This document shows positions 11,101 to 22,140 of a DNA stretch of 64,000 nucleotides, one piece after another. Source of the DNA: Macrostomum hystrix (lineage: Eukaryota; Animalia; Platyhelminthes); NCBI GenBank assembly GCA_950097015.1, contig CATNEN010000007.1, forward strand, positions 1,984,001-2,048,000, read 5' to 3'. Position 1 is the first letter of the stretch, and every line of letters begins with the position of its first letter. The position numbers and the translations under genes were made by a program. The notes below the pieces were generated by a model. That model made no database searches. It was given only the letters and a program-made list of their open reading frames with translations, and was not told the origin of the DNA.

Positions 11101-13765
11101 GAGGAGTGAGGTAGGTGCAGATGTACAGTCGCTGTTGGAATAGTCGAGGAGTGAGGTGGGTGCAGATGTACAGTGACTGTTGGACTAGTCGAGGAGTGAG
11201 GTGGGTGCAGATGTACAGTGACTGTTGGACTAGTCGAGGAGTGAGGTAGGTGCAGATGTACAGTCGCTGTTGGAATAGTCGAGGAGTGAGGTTTTGTGCA
11301 TGTACATACTTTATCCATTCACTATGCTAAAAATGTAAATCTTGGTGGCTTGCTTGTTCGTAATAGATTTTCGCGCAAACAGCTCAACCGATTGTCACCG
11401 TTTAAGGTCTGAAGACGAAAATCTATTTTGCCCTAAACCAAACGGTTAATATGTTACATCATTCAAATCCAGAAATGAGCTGGCCCTGAGCAGTGCAGAC
11501 AACTTAGTGTACATTCGTCGCTTCAGTCCAGTCGGCTCCCAGATGGTCCTTCTGGGAACTCTACAGGGCCACACCGCCGATGTCACCTGCGTCAAATGGT
11601 GGGCCAAGAAGAACTGCTGGGTGACGGCTTCGGAGGATCGCTCCATCAAACTCTGGGTCTGTGATTTGAGTTTAACACTAGCACTTTGTATTTTAGTGGC
11701 GAGTAGCATGAGACGCATTTTTACCTTAAAAATCTGATAATGATTGTTCCACCTTGGCTGCTAAAAAAACAGAAATCGTCTGATGATCTGCCGATCGAGG
11801 CAAGTCAATAGTACCTCAGCGATCGCTGTCAAAGCCAATTTTCGGGCTATTGACTTACAAAGTAGCTTTCGCGTCAATCGCTTTTTGCTTCTGTGCTGTA
11901 TTATTATTTATTGATTGTATCATCACAGCCGATCGTCACCGCTTTCTTAAGCCTCGTTAAAATAGTTGCTCACAATTTTATCTTTCTAGAAAGCAAAGTT
12001 TTATTTTTTCTGCATAAAATAGTTTTGATTAATCATACTTCAAGTAGTATAGGTATGTATATATTTTTGTACCCCAGAAACATAAGCGTTTTTTTACAAA
12101 ACATATAGGAATCCGGTGGGGTCAACGACTGCTTCCTGTCACTGAATGCCGGCGGCCCAGTGCAATGCGTCTGTATTGACAGTGTCAGCAACGCACTTGT
12201 TGTTGCGGTTGAGAATTCGCTTAAGTAAGTTGCTTCTACTGGATCTGTTAAATCATAAACAGAAGGGAAAATGTTTTATTTAAGTTTAAAAAACGAAATT
12301 TGCCCACTTAATAGTTGGAGCTGACATTACCCCTGTCATGTGTACATAAACGTAGCCAGATAAGTGAGGTGGGAGCTCGTGTACATAGACAAGACAGAGG
12401 AGGGGGGTGGGTACTCGCGTACATGGACAAGCCTGAGGGGGAGGTGGATACTTGTGTACATACCTAGCCTGAGGGGGAGGTGGGTATTCGTGTACATAGA
12501 CAAGCCAGAGGAGAGAGGTTGGCACTCGTTTATATACCCAAAGGAGGGATGATATATTGATTGTGCAATATTCATTGGTCAAGATAATAGCAATCGATTG
12601 AAAAATTTAATTTGTGTCGCTTGCCTTCCTTGTTTTTAGCTATAATTATGCGCAGATTCATGCTCGCTATTTAAATCCAAATTTTAGGGTCTTCGAGCCG
12701 GAGAATTTCGATCTAGTGCAACAGAACGATGGCCACTTCGATGCCATTCGATCCGTGATACACATCCCTGATAACCGTCACGTGAGCAAGTTGTGATTAT
12801 CTCAGTTGTTCTAGTCTTTATAGACACGAAATCGAATATTAATTTTGGCTGGATTTACGCTCGTATTTGCAATATTTTTAAGTTAAAAATGCGCGCAAAT
12901 GTTCACTTAAAAAAACAAAAACTATTAAACTGCGAGAAAAAATCTGTTCTTGGATACTGGTCTATTTCAAGCTTAATCACCGGAAAAATCCGTTATTACC
13001 AGTAAAATTACGCTTCCTCGCCCTGATCCAGATTGGTTTGCATGCCGCCCTGCAAGATATTTACGATGTGGTATGCTTAACAGACGGCTAAGATAGGATT
13101 TTACTCGTATAATTAGCGAATTCTTTTGTCACATGATGTCTGTTTCTACGAATGCTTCACCGTGTTTCTTTGAAATAGTCAATTTTGAATTGCTTTTCTG
13201 TTCTTTAGATAAGTACTCGTACGTTCATATTGAGCACCTCATTAATATGTTTGACAATGAAAAGCTACTCCCGTTAAAATCCCGTTTAATCTTTAATGTA
13301 ATCAGTGTGTATCCCTGATTCTTCATGTGTGTATCCCTGATCCTTCATGTGTGTATCCCTGATCCTTCATGTATTACTATTAGCTATTACACATTCGCTA
13401 AAACTCCGCACCCCACGCACCAGTATGTCACGGCCAGCTGGGACGGCCGCATCGGCGTCTGGCAGGCCTGGCGAAGCAGGCGGTCAAGGGAAGCCGGTGC
13501 ATCTACCGAAGGAGCCAATCAAGGCGAGGCCAGCGCCGTGGCAGCGATGCCTGCGGCGCTGCTGATCCGAGACGCCTTCAAGCGGGACCTAGCAGACCAG
13601 CAGCTCTACGTGGCCAGCGAGGCCGAATGGGAGGAGAAAATCGAGTCGAAGATACGCGAATTGAAGGCCGCCTACTACGACTCAGAGCTGCTGCACGCGC
13701 ACGAGTTTCCGCAGAGGCGCAGCCAGACGGCCGGGGCTCGGCGCCGACCGTTCGCTCAGTTCTGA
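8073..13765 (+). CDS. WD40-repeat protein, 3' part of a multi-exon gene (unassigned family)
   Basis: join(8073-8182,8227-8366,8524-8645,10461-10639,10709-10807,11473-11656,12109-12224,12688-12781,13424-13765). All introns are GT-AG, phases match at every junction and there is no internal stop. WD motifs: LYLVTSGWDQRICIWN, LQGHTADVTCVKW..WVTASEDRSIKLW, DGHFDAIRSV..YVTASWDGRIGVW. Ends in TGA at 13765. Confidence 0.9.
8227..8366 (+). CDS. WD40 gene exon (LRGNERIS...ACEDSNV)
   Basis: Acceptor ttttag, donor gtaagt, phases consistent with both neighbours. Confidence 0.88.
8524..8645 (+). CDS. WD40 gene exon (YVIGFDEKAFG...STSE)
   Basis: Acceptor tgcag completes a Tyr codon; weak donor gttcgg in phase 0. 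Confidence 0.8.
8701..9385. repeat. 27-bp minisatellite CAGGCTCTGATTGGTTGCTGGGAACAA
   Basis: About 25 copies, WD40 intron. Confidence 0.97.
9751..10113 (+). mobile_element. tRNA-derived SINE, copy 1 (WD40 intron)
   Basis: A-box TGGCAGAGTGG, B-box GTTCAATTCC, ~270-bp body and (ATT)n tail. Colinear with the reverse complement of 55709-56045. Possible TSD GATTATAA.GTAT at 9735 and 10121. Confidence 0.85.
10461..10639 (+). CDS. WD40 gene exon (MDDQVTKRVAG...WNLETG)
   Basis: Acceptor caccag, donor gtgagt, contains WD motif SGWDQRICIWN. Confidence 0.9.
10709..10807 (+). CDS. WD40 gene exon (LVDVFRN...CYSPE)
   Basis: Acceptor ttttag, donor gtagaa, phase 2/2. Confidence 0.85.
10893..11292. repeat. 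45-bp minisatellite
   Basis: About 9 copies of CAGATGTACAGTGACTGTTGGACTAGTCGAGGAGTGAGGTGGGTG. Confidence 0.95.
11473..11656 (+). CDS. WD40 gene exon (NELALSSAD...SIKLW)
   Basis: Encodes a canonical GH...WD repeat; phase consistent. Confidence 0.92.
12109..12224 (+). CDS. WD40 gene exon (ESGGVNDC...ENSL)
   Basis: Acceptor tatag, donor gtaagt, phase 0/2. Confidence 0.82.
12335..12545. repeat. Degenerate ~37-bp minisatellite
   Basis: GTACATAGACAAG..GAGGGGGAGGTGGG recurs about 5 times. Confidence 0.7.
12688..12781 (+). CDS. WD40 gene exon (VFEPENFDLVQQNDGHFDAIRSV...)
   Basis: Acceptor ttttag, donor gtgagc, contains the GH dipeptide of the last repeat. Confidence 0.88.
13305..13372. repeat. 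22-bp repeat x3
   Basis: GTGTATCCCTGATCCTTCATGT. Confidence 0.85.
13424..13765 (+). CDS. WD40 gene terminal exon (YVTASWDGRIGVW...AQF*)
   Basis: Acceptor accag, 114 codons ending in TGA. Confidence 0.88.
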   Translation, partial: YVTASWDGRIGVWQAWRSRRSREAGASTEGANQGEASAVAAMPAALLIRDAFKRDLADQQLYVASEAEWEEKIESKIRELKAAYYDSELLHAHEFPQRRSQTAGARRRPFAQF

Positions 13766-14666
13766 CGATTGCGGCCAGTCAAAAATTTCTGACACGGTTT
13801 CATCCTTTAAAATTTCTTTTCTCAGCGATATTTTCACTCTCTTCCTACTTAAATTATTAATTAGACATGCGCTGATTGGCTTCCTGTTGTCAGTAGTATA
13901 AATAGTGCATGAAAGAAAAAATCAGATCGTAAGCGTAAAACGTAAAAAACGTTTCAACAGATGAAGTTAGCGAGTAAAAATCAGCAGTTCATTTTCGAGC
14001 TTAGAAACGAATGGATTCAACTAATTATTGCAGCACTTCTTTTAATGTAAATAGTAAATTAGTGACGTCTAATAATCTGTTCACAACACGATACTATTTT
14101 ATATGCATATTTTTCTGATTTCTGATTCAAATGTATTTCATATCGCTTGCATGCTCACAGACTTAACCTCTGTTTACTAAAGTTAAATTTGGGCTGCCAC
14201 GGATGACTTTTCCCTTAACTGCATAAAGTACAAATAATGGAAGCTGATAGTGACAGCAACTGTTTAAATTAATTTAATATTAAACTGTTACCTAAATATA
14301 GCTATTCAACTGTTCCTCTGACCACTGCATTATGCTCGTAGAATCACAGATTAAACAATTTGAAAATTTTACAATCAAGGGCAAATTATTATCCTTACTT
14401 AGTTTTCTAGTTTTCCGATCAAAGCGAAGTTCACTCGTAAATCAGAAAGGATATATGAATAATACTTTTAAAACTGCCGATATGTATCGAAAAGGCAAAA
14501 AATAAAAAGTGTTTCTGTTCAAATACAAACTTAAATATGATTGTATCGAACTAAAACATAAATTACTTGACACCATAACTGCATGCCATGTACGGAGTAT
14601 CGGGTTTTTTTTGCAATTAAAAAAAAATTGTAAATTACAAAATTGTACAATTAAAACGCAAAAATT

Positions 14667-14738
14667 TGCGAGTGCCGGGAGTCGAACCCGGGTCGAATGC
14701 TTGGAAGGCATCCATGCTAACCGTTACACCACACTCGC
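14667..14738 (-). tRNA. trnG-TCC: tRNA-Gly (anticodon TCC)
   Basis: 72 nt: GCGAGTG/CACTCGC acceptor stem, GATGC-CTTCCAA-GCATT anticodon arm, CCGGG-TTCGACT-CCCGG T arm, discriminator A. T5 Pol III terminator at 14660-14664 on -. Confidence 0.97.
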
Positions 14739-15357
14739 TTCGGCGTAAGGGGAAGTCCAATGGGCAAATTAAAGGGCTTCGCCTTTCAAAAGTACATATT
14801 ATGGAGTTTTATGGACTGTCCAGTCCGTGGACCACACCACAAATTTGTAACCCAGGGAATGCTGCTAATTATTTATCTTATTCAAAGAAGCCAATTGTTT
14901 TCTGGTCAATGATTATATATCCAGACCTTCCCGTCAATAGTCACAATTTGTAATGAAAATGTGAGTGTTTTCGTATCTACTACTGAGAGTACCATCTCTG
15001 ATAAATATGTTAAAAAAGAGCAAAAATATCTAGACGTCATGTTTCAGTGCTACCAAATGCACTCAGCAGAATTAACGGAATTATTACTGCATGGCAACGA
15101 ATCAACGCCAAGCGAATGATTTGCAAAGTCAAGCGAATCATCAGCTAACTGAAGAGGGCAGGCAGGCGGGGAATTGTTGAGATCTGAGATTAGTCAGTTC
15201 CCTTGAGCAGCCTATATGAGCACTAATCAATGTGACAGCAAAGCACAAGCGGCACATTCACAAGGTAATTATGATGTAGAATGTAGATGAACTAAATATA
15301 TCATATTCGATGACACTTTGCTGAGCTTGTGCGTTAAACCAATTTCTTTAAATTTTC

Positions 15358-16539
15358 ATTTCCTTCTCCACTTTCTTCCTTCTCTCCTCTCTTCCTTCTC
15401 CCCTCTCTTCCTTCTCTCCTCTCTTCCTTCTCCCCTCTCTTCCTTCTCTCCTCTCTTCCTTCTCCATTATCTTCCTTCTCCCCTCTCTTCCTTCTCTCCT
15501 CTCTTCCTTCTCTCCTCTCTTCCTTCTCTCCTCTCTTCCTTCTCCCCTCTCTTCCTTCTCCCCTCTCTTCCTTCTCTCCTCTCTTCCTTCTCCCCTCTCT
15601 TCCTTCTCCCCTCTCTTCCTTCTCTCCTCTCTTCCTTCTCCCCTCTCTTCCTTCTCTCCTCTCTTCCTTCTCTCCTCTCTTCCTTCTCTCCTCTCTTCCT
15701 TCTCTCCTCTCTTCCTTCTCCCCTCTCTTCCTTCTCTCCTCTCTTCCTTCTCCCCTCTCTTCCTTCTCTCCTCTCTTCCTTCTCTCCTCTCTTCCTTCTC
15801 TCCTCTCTTCCTTCTCCCCTCTCTTCCTTCTCTCCTCTCTTCCTTCTCCCCTCTCTTCCTTCTCCCCTCTCTTCCTTCTCTCCTCTCTTCCTTCTCTCCT
15901 CTCTTCCTTCTCCCCTCTCTTCCTTCTCCCCTCTCTTCCTTCTCCCCTCTCTTCCTTCTCCCCTCTCTTCCTTCTCCATTCTCTTCCTTCTCCCCTCTCT
16001 TCCTTCTCCCCTCTCTTCCTTCTCCCCTCTCTTCCTTCTCCCCTCTCTTCCTTCTCCCCTCTCTTCCTTCTCCATTCTCTTCCTTCTCCCCTCTCTTCCT
16101 TCTCCCCTCTCTTCCTTCTCCCCTCTCTTCCTTCTCCCCTCTCTTCCTTCTCCCCTCTCTTCCTTCTCTCCTCTCTTCCTTCTCCCCTCTCTTCCTTCTC
16201 TCCTCTCTTCCTTCTCCCCTCTCTTCCTTCTCCCCTCTCTTCCTTCTCCCCTCTCTTCCTTCTCTCCTCTCTTCCTTCTCTCCTCTCTTCCTTCTCTCCT
16301 CTCTTCCTTCTCCCCTCTCTTCCTTCTCTCCTCTCTTCCTTCTCCCCTCTCTTCCTTCTCTCCTCTCTTCCTTCTCCATTCTCTTCCTTCTCCCCTCTCT
16401 TCCTTCTCCCCTCTCTTCCTTCTCCCCTCTCTTCCTTCTCCCCTCTCTTCCTTCTCCCCTCTCTTCCTTCTCCCCTCTCTTCCTTCTCCCCTCTCTTCCT
16501 TCTCCCCTCTCTTCCTTCTCCCCTCTCTTCCTTCTCCCC
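15358..16539. repeat. 16-bp polypyrimidine satellite (CTTCCTTCTCCCCTCT)n
   Basis: About 1.2 kb almost purely C/T on +. Confidence 0.97.
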
Positions 16540-17301
16540 AATAAAGTATAAATTTATTCCTTTAGACTCTTCCTTCTCATCACAATTTTCTCCTCATTTC
16601 TCCAACCTGTAGTTAAAAGTACTTAGTAGTACTCGTACAATGTTATTACTAAAATCATTTTTCAATTTGACATTACTAATCGAATGCATTTGACAATTAG
16701 TTCTGAACACTTTAATGCAGCAAATATATTTAATCAAAACCAATTCAAATTAATTTCCAGCAAAGTGTTGAACAAAATATTTAATTTATAATATGCAACA
16801 GGCCAACTGAATGTGCCCAAGCTACAATTACCTTTGAAAACAGCACACATGCCGAATAAAATCACATTGAATTAGTGGAGGAAAACTAATTAGCATACTT
16901 CCTAGCGATTTTAAGTGTGACAAATGACAAAGACGATTAAAGCGTATTAACAAATTCTTAGCATGGAGACAAAGGTAACACAGAGACTTAAATAATTTAA
17001 TAATTTCAATAATTTAGACTTTTATTTTTGAGTAACCACTTTTCTAATAAAAAATTAATCTTAAAAGCCAACGCAGGGGCTTAGCCTAGGGCAATAAAAC
17101 AAACATTTTACCCGCATTCGTATGGTTTACATTCCAAGTTTTTTTTCGTAAGTAGATATTTCATATTTGTTTAAATGCACCCACTTTTTGTTAACCTTTT
17201 TGGTCTAATGATGACTCTAACCAATTGCAGCAAAACCCGTGCAGTTAGTTTTGATCGATTGCGCAACAAGCCAAACTAACATCTCTGTTTTATAGTAAAG
17301 A

Positions 17302-18753
17302 TCAAATGTAGGTTGCCAGCAACGGTTTTTCCGCGGCTTTTCCGTTCTCGCCGCCAGATTCAATGCCGTCTCCGGAGCCGGGGCCGCTTGGGATCCCGGC
17401 GGCTCGATTAGCCATGCAGGTACCGCCGCCGCCGCCGCCGCCGCGGCCGCCGCCGCCGCCCCCTCGCCTAGTAGCTCTGTCAGTCCGGCTGTTGTTCAGG
17501 TAATAATCTTCAGTACGGCACCGTTTACCGCTGGCCAGTTCGCCTCCGCCGGAGGTCGCGGCTGCGGCGTTCGACGAGCAGCCGCGGCAGGCGACCACGC
17601 TGCCCCGGGTGCGGGCAAACAGCAGCAGGACGTGCCTGCGGTACTGCGCCCCAGTGGCCAGGTAAATGAGAAAATTCAGCGAATAGTGCGAGATGGAAAT
17701 CTCGTCGATAACCTTCTTGACGCGCGCCATGGCGAAGTGGCGCCTCCAGGCTGGATCCAGCAGCACCTCGGCGTCCGTGAGGTTCTGGCTGCCGAAGCCG
17801 GCGAATGTCTGCAGGCCGTAGACCAGGCCGGCTGGCAACGAGGTCAGGATGACAAAGAAGGACACGCTGAGCAGCATGATGGTGCTGGACATGAAGCGAC
17901 CCTCGGCACCGCTTTCCTCACCTCCTCCGCCTCCGCCGCCAGCGCCACCGGCGCCGCGAATTTCCGCGGGTCGCGGGCCGCCTTCGACGCAGTTTCGTCG
18001 ATTCCGATTGGCTGAAATCTTGTACATCTCGTGAATGACTAGCAGGTTGAATACAAGCGCAGTGACAGGCACCAGGCCGCTGATTACAATCTCGGTGGTC
18101 AGGGTGTATGCCAGCCAGAGCCAGCCTTCGCTGTGCACCATGCAGGCGTCCTGGTCGAAGGCTTTGAAGTTCAACTGGGCCAGATTCCACACAATGACGC
18201 CGGCCGTCATGAAGCCAATGACCATGTAGGCCCGACGCGTGCTGCAGAGCGACTCTCGTCTGAACGGGAAACAGATGGAGATCCAGCGTTCAACGGTGAA
18301 GCCCAGCACAAGGATGGGAGACAGGTACTGTGCTGTCAGCAGCACCACGGGCAGAACCATGCACATGACCACATTCTCGATGGCAATGTTCCAAGCTTCG
18401 CGCATCTCTTGAAATGTGTGCAACACCAGGAATACCAGATCCCAGATAGACAGGGCGGCCAGGTACACGGCCGAGGAGTTGTTCCTTCGAACCTCGGGAT
18501 TTAGCCACACGTAGGCGCTCAGACTGTTGCCAAATAATCCCAGGATGTACCAGAGCGGTGTGACAACCCGATCGAATAGCAGAAAGTTGGGAATAAACCT
18601 GCCATACAGGTGCATCGGGTGCGGGTAGCGAGTCATCAAGGACGCTGGCGAGGATGACGTTGTGATGGACATTTTTGGCTCGCCAATTGGAAATCTTTCC
18701 GATGCTGAAATGGTGGTCAATTGGTGGGAGCTAATTCTTTTCTGTTTGGACAT
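17302..18753 (-). CDS. Rhodopsin-class 7TM GPCR, peptide-receptor-like (FMRFamide/myosuppressin/MIP-receptor-related group), intronless CDS
   Basis: 483-aa ORF with TM1 GLFGN, TM2 YLAALSIWDL, TM3 FTVERWISICFP (DRY equivalent), TM5 VPVTALVFN, TM6 FFVILTSLP and TM7 SLNFLIY. Confidence 0.93.
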   Translation of the reverse strand: MSKQKRISSHQLTTISASERFPIGEPKMSITTSSSPASLMTRYPHPMHLYGRFIPNFLLFDRVVTPLWYILGLFGNSLSAYVWLNPEVRRNNSSAVYLAALSIWDLVFLVLHTFQEMREAWNIAIENVVMCMVLPVVLLTAQYLSPILVLGFTVERWISICFPFRRESLCSTRRAYMVIGFMTAGVIVWNLAQLNFKAFDQDACMVHSEGWLWLAYTLTTEIVISGLVPVTALVFNLLVIHEMYKISANRNRRNCVEGGPRPAEIRGAGGAGGGGGGGEESGAEGRFMSSTIMLLSVSFFVILTSLPAGLVYGLQTFAGFGSQNLTDAEVLLDPAWRRHFAMARVKKVIDEISISHYSLNFLIYLATGAQYRRHVLLLFARTRGSVVACRGCSSNAAAATSGGGELASGKRCRTEDYYLNNSRTDRATRRGGGGGGRGGGGGGGTCMANRAAGIPSGPGSGDGIESGGENGKAAEKPLLATYI

Positions 18754-18810
18754 TTTCGTTTCAAAGGATCGCTTTCAAAGATTTTTTAAAGTTGGGTTTA
18801 CCAGCAGCGG

Positions 18811-19945
18811 CTAGTGAGGTAGGGTAATCAATCGGGCATTTGAAGGACCATTGGCTAGTGAGGTAGGGTAATCAATCGGGCATTTGAAGGACCAGTGGCT
18901 AGTGAGGTAGGGTAATCAATCGGGCATTTGAAGGACCAGTGGCTAGTGAGGTAGGGTAATCAATCGGGCATTTGAAGGACCATTGGCTAGTGAGGTAGGG
19001 TAATCAATCGGGCATTTGAAGGACCAGCGGCTAGTGAGGTAGGGTAATCAATCGGGCATTTGAAGGACCAGTGGCTAGTGAGGTAGGGTAATCAATCGGG
19101 CATTTGAAGGACCAGTGGCTAGGGAGGCAGGGTTTCCAGTTGGGCATTTGAAGGACCAGTGGCTAGGGAGGCAGGGTTTCCAGTTGCAGATTTGAAGGAC
19201 CTTTGGCGGTAGGGTTTCCAGTTGGGCATTTGAAGGACCATTGGCTAGTGAGGCAGGGTTTTCAGTTGGGCATTTGAAGGACCAGTGGCTAGGGAGGCAG
19301 GGCTTCCAGTTGCAGATTTGAAGGACCATTGGCTATAGTGAGGTATGGTTACCAATCGGGCATTTGAAGGACCAGTGGCTAGTGAGGTAGGGTTTCCAGT
19401 TGGGCATTTGAAGGACCATTGGCTAGTGAGGTAGGGTTACCAATCGGCTGCATTTGAAGGACCATTGGCTAGTGAGGTAGGGTTACCAATCGGGCATTTG
19501 AAGGACCATTGGCTAGTGAGGTAGGGTTACCAATCGGCATTTGAAGGACCATTGGCTATAGTGAGGTATAGGGTTACCAATCGGGCATTTGAAGGACTAG
19601 TGGCTAGGGAGGCAGGGTTTCCAGTTGCAGATTTAAAGGACCATTGGCGGTAGGGTTTCCAGTTGGGCATTTGAAGGACCAGTGGCTAGGGAGGCAGGGT
19701 TTCCAATTGCAGATTTGAAGGACCAGTGGTTAGGGAGGCAGGGTTTCCAATTGCAGATTTGAAGGACCATTGGCGGTAGGGTTTCCAGTTGGGCATTTGA
19801 AGGACCAGTGGCTAGGGAGGCAGGGTTTCCAATTGCAGATTTGAAGGACCAGTGGTTAGGGAGGCAGGGTTTCCAATTGCAGATTTGAAGGACCAGTGGT
19901 TAGGGAGGCAGGGTTTCCAGTTGGGCATTTGAAGGACCATTGCCT
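18811..19945. repeat. 44-bp minisatellite immediately upstream of the GPCR start
   Basis: TGAAGGACCAGTGGCTAGTGAGGTAGGGTAATCAATCGGGCATT, period 44 (18841 to 18885). Confidence 0.96.
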
Positions 19946-20819
19946 AGTGCGTTAGGGTTACCAGCTTCTATATGAAGTTCATTAGGGCTAAAATAAGCGT
20001 CCAATAGTGCTTCCTAAATTAGATTTAGCATATGAGCAGCCAATAGAAGGCTTCGGTTAATTCAAAGCTATTCCAAGCCGCTACCAGTCTGTCTGGGGGA
20101 ATTAAACGCATTTCCATTTCTATTTAGTAAAAGGGCACATTTTTTACAAACTAAAAACAAATGAAGAAGCCATTTAATTTTAATGCCAAAAGATTCCAGC
20201 ACGCCACAGGCAGTGCTTCAGCAAATTTAGGCACTATACGAACCCTTTCCATTACCCGTTGTGTTAACTCCGCATGGGAACTAGCCACCTGTGTCTATAT
20301 CATCTCGTGCCCATGCTATAGGCAAAGCCGTAAACTGAAATCACCCCTATATATAGGACTTCACAGGCTTGGCACTTTGCCTTAACTTGCATTCTTTCTC
20401 ATTCTGAGCAGTGCCACCAACCGCAAGCTGTTATTGACGAAAAAATGATGGATGAGGTGGAACTGTTTGTTAAATTGTGCGCTCACTAATAATAAAGTAC
20501 TCCGCGTTGGCCTGTACCGTGAAGACCGGTATATATTATATATTATTTTATACATATCGGCTGAAATGGAACAATTCTCGGGCCTGAAGGTTGTCCACTT
20601 TAGCAGGTTGCGTTCAAGGGTTTTAATGAGTAAAAACAGAACGGAGGAAAGAGAGGGGAGTAATACGATGAGGAGAAACAGGGGCGAGGCATTGCTCAGA
20701 TGTGCCAAAGGCATAGCTGACCATAGTGGCTTGGGAATGGGAAGGTACTTAAGGAAATTGGAGAAGAAAGTGGAAGTTTATAGGGAGTAATTCGAATTGC
20801 GAAGACAGGAAGTCATTTT

Positions 20820-21315
20820 TAGAGGGGAGAATGTGAAGATTGAGTGAAGAGAATGGCAATACGCAGAGGGAAGAATGGGAATACGGAGAGGGGAAATGGG
20901 AATACGCAGAGGGGAGAATGGGAATACGCAGAGGGGAGAATACGAATACGGAGAGGGCAGAATGGAAGAGGGAGAGGGGAGAATGGGAAGAGGGAGAGTG
21001 GAGAAGGGGATGATGGAGAGGGGAGAACGGGAAGAGGGAGAGAGGAGAATGGAAAGACAGAGAGGGGAGAATGAAAAGACAGAGAGGGGAGAATGGGAAG
21101 AGTGAGAGCGGAGAATGGGAAGACAGAGAGGGGAGAATGGAAAGACAGAGAGGGGAGAATGAAAAGACAGAGAGGGGAGAATGGGAAGAGTGAGAGCGGA
21201 GAATGGGAAGACAGAGAGGGGAGAATGGAAAGACAGAGAGGGGAGAATGGAAAGACAGAGAGGGGAGAATGAAAAGACAGATAGGGCAGAATGGGAAGAG
21301 TGAGAGGGGAGAAAA
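20820..21315. repeat. Purine-rich ~22-bp repeat
   Basis: GAGAGGGGAGAATGGAAAGACA variants. Confidence 0.88.
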
Positions 21316-22140
21316 AGGGAAGACGGTGACAAAATAGATGTGTACTATCGGCAGCTTTCACTTCGTCTAATTTTTCAAAGCAGTTGAAAGTGATTAAACA
21401 ATGCTTTGAAAAAACGCCAAACACGTAACGCCTGTACAGCAAGGAAAACTACAGAGAAACGCCAGCTGTTCAGGTGCGAATTCAAATGCACTTTCCACGC
21501 GACAGTAGTAAACCAGCCGAAGTTTATTGCAGTACAAACTAATCTATTTAAACAGCCTTTTTAAGAGTCGACGACTAAATTGCGACAAGCGATTAGAGAC
21601 TATCTTTTCAAAGACCGGAGCTTTCTTACTATTGCGATTCCCACGTCGTTTCGATTTTCACCCTGGTTGATTTTCCTCAAATGAAAAGTTTGGTTGGATG
21701 ATCTCGAGTCAAGCTGCTCAAATTTATTATTTTTTTCTATAGAGAAAAGCAAAGCTGAGCAGAGCTCGAGTGTTTGAGTCGAGTCAACTGGGATCGTGTT
21801 ATCATTGGGGAGAATAGTAATAATGTACATGTGCGAACACACTCGACTGCACAAAACTGCTGGCAGCGAAAGTGCTCGCTTAGTACCAATGAAGCCGCGT
21901 GATTAAAAGAAATTTGAGAAGTCCACTCACTCACCCAGCTCAATCTGCCTCCTGCCCGACCCACACACTTCACTTCTCTCTAAGAGCTGACCTTGTGGAA
22001 GGTTCTGGCTCTGCTTCTCTGTCTGCAACATTAAAGAAGGCTTGCAGTTTTACTGGCGTGTTTCTGACAGACTCTGACACAGACACTGTTGCTGACACAT
22101 TTGACAGCCTGTCAGCAGGCTGCAGACCGCCAATATACCT

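Noticed and set aside
20320-20340. GCCGTAAA resembling the start of a flatworm spliced-leader sequence
   Set aside because: Only 8 nt match, with no donor or Sm site following.
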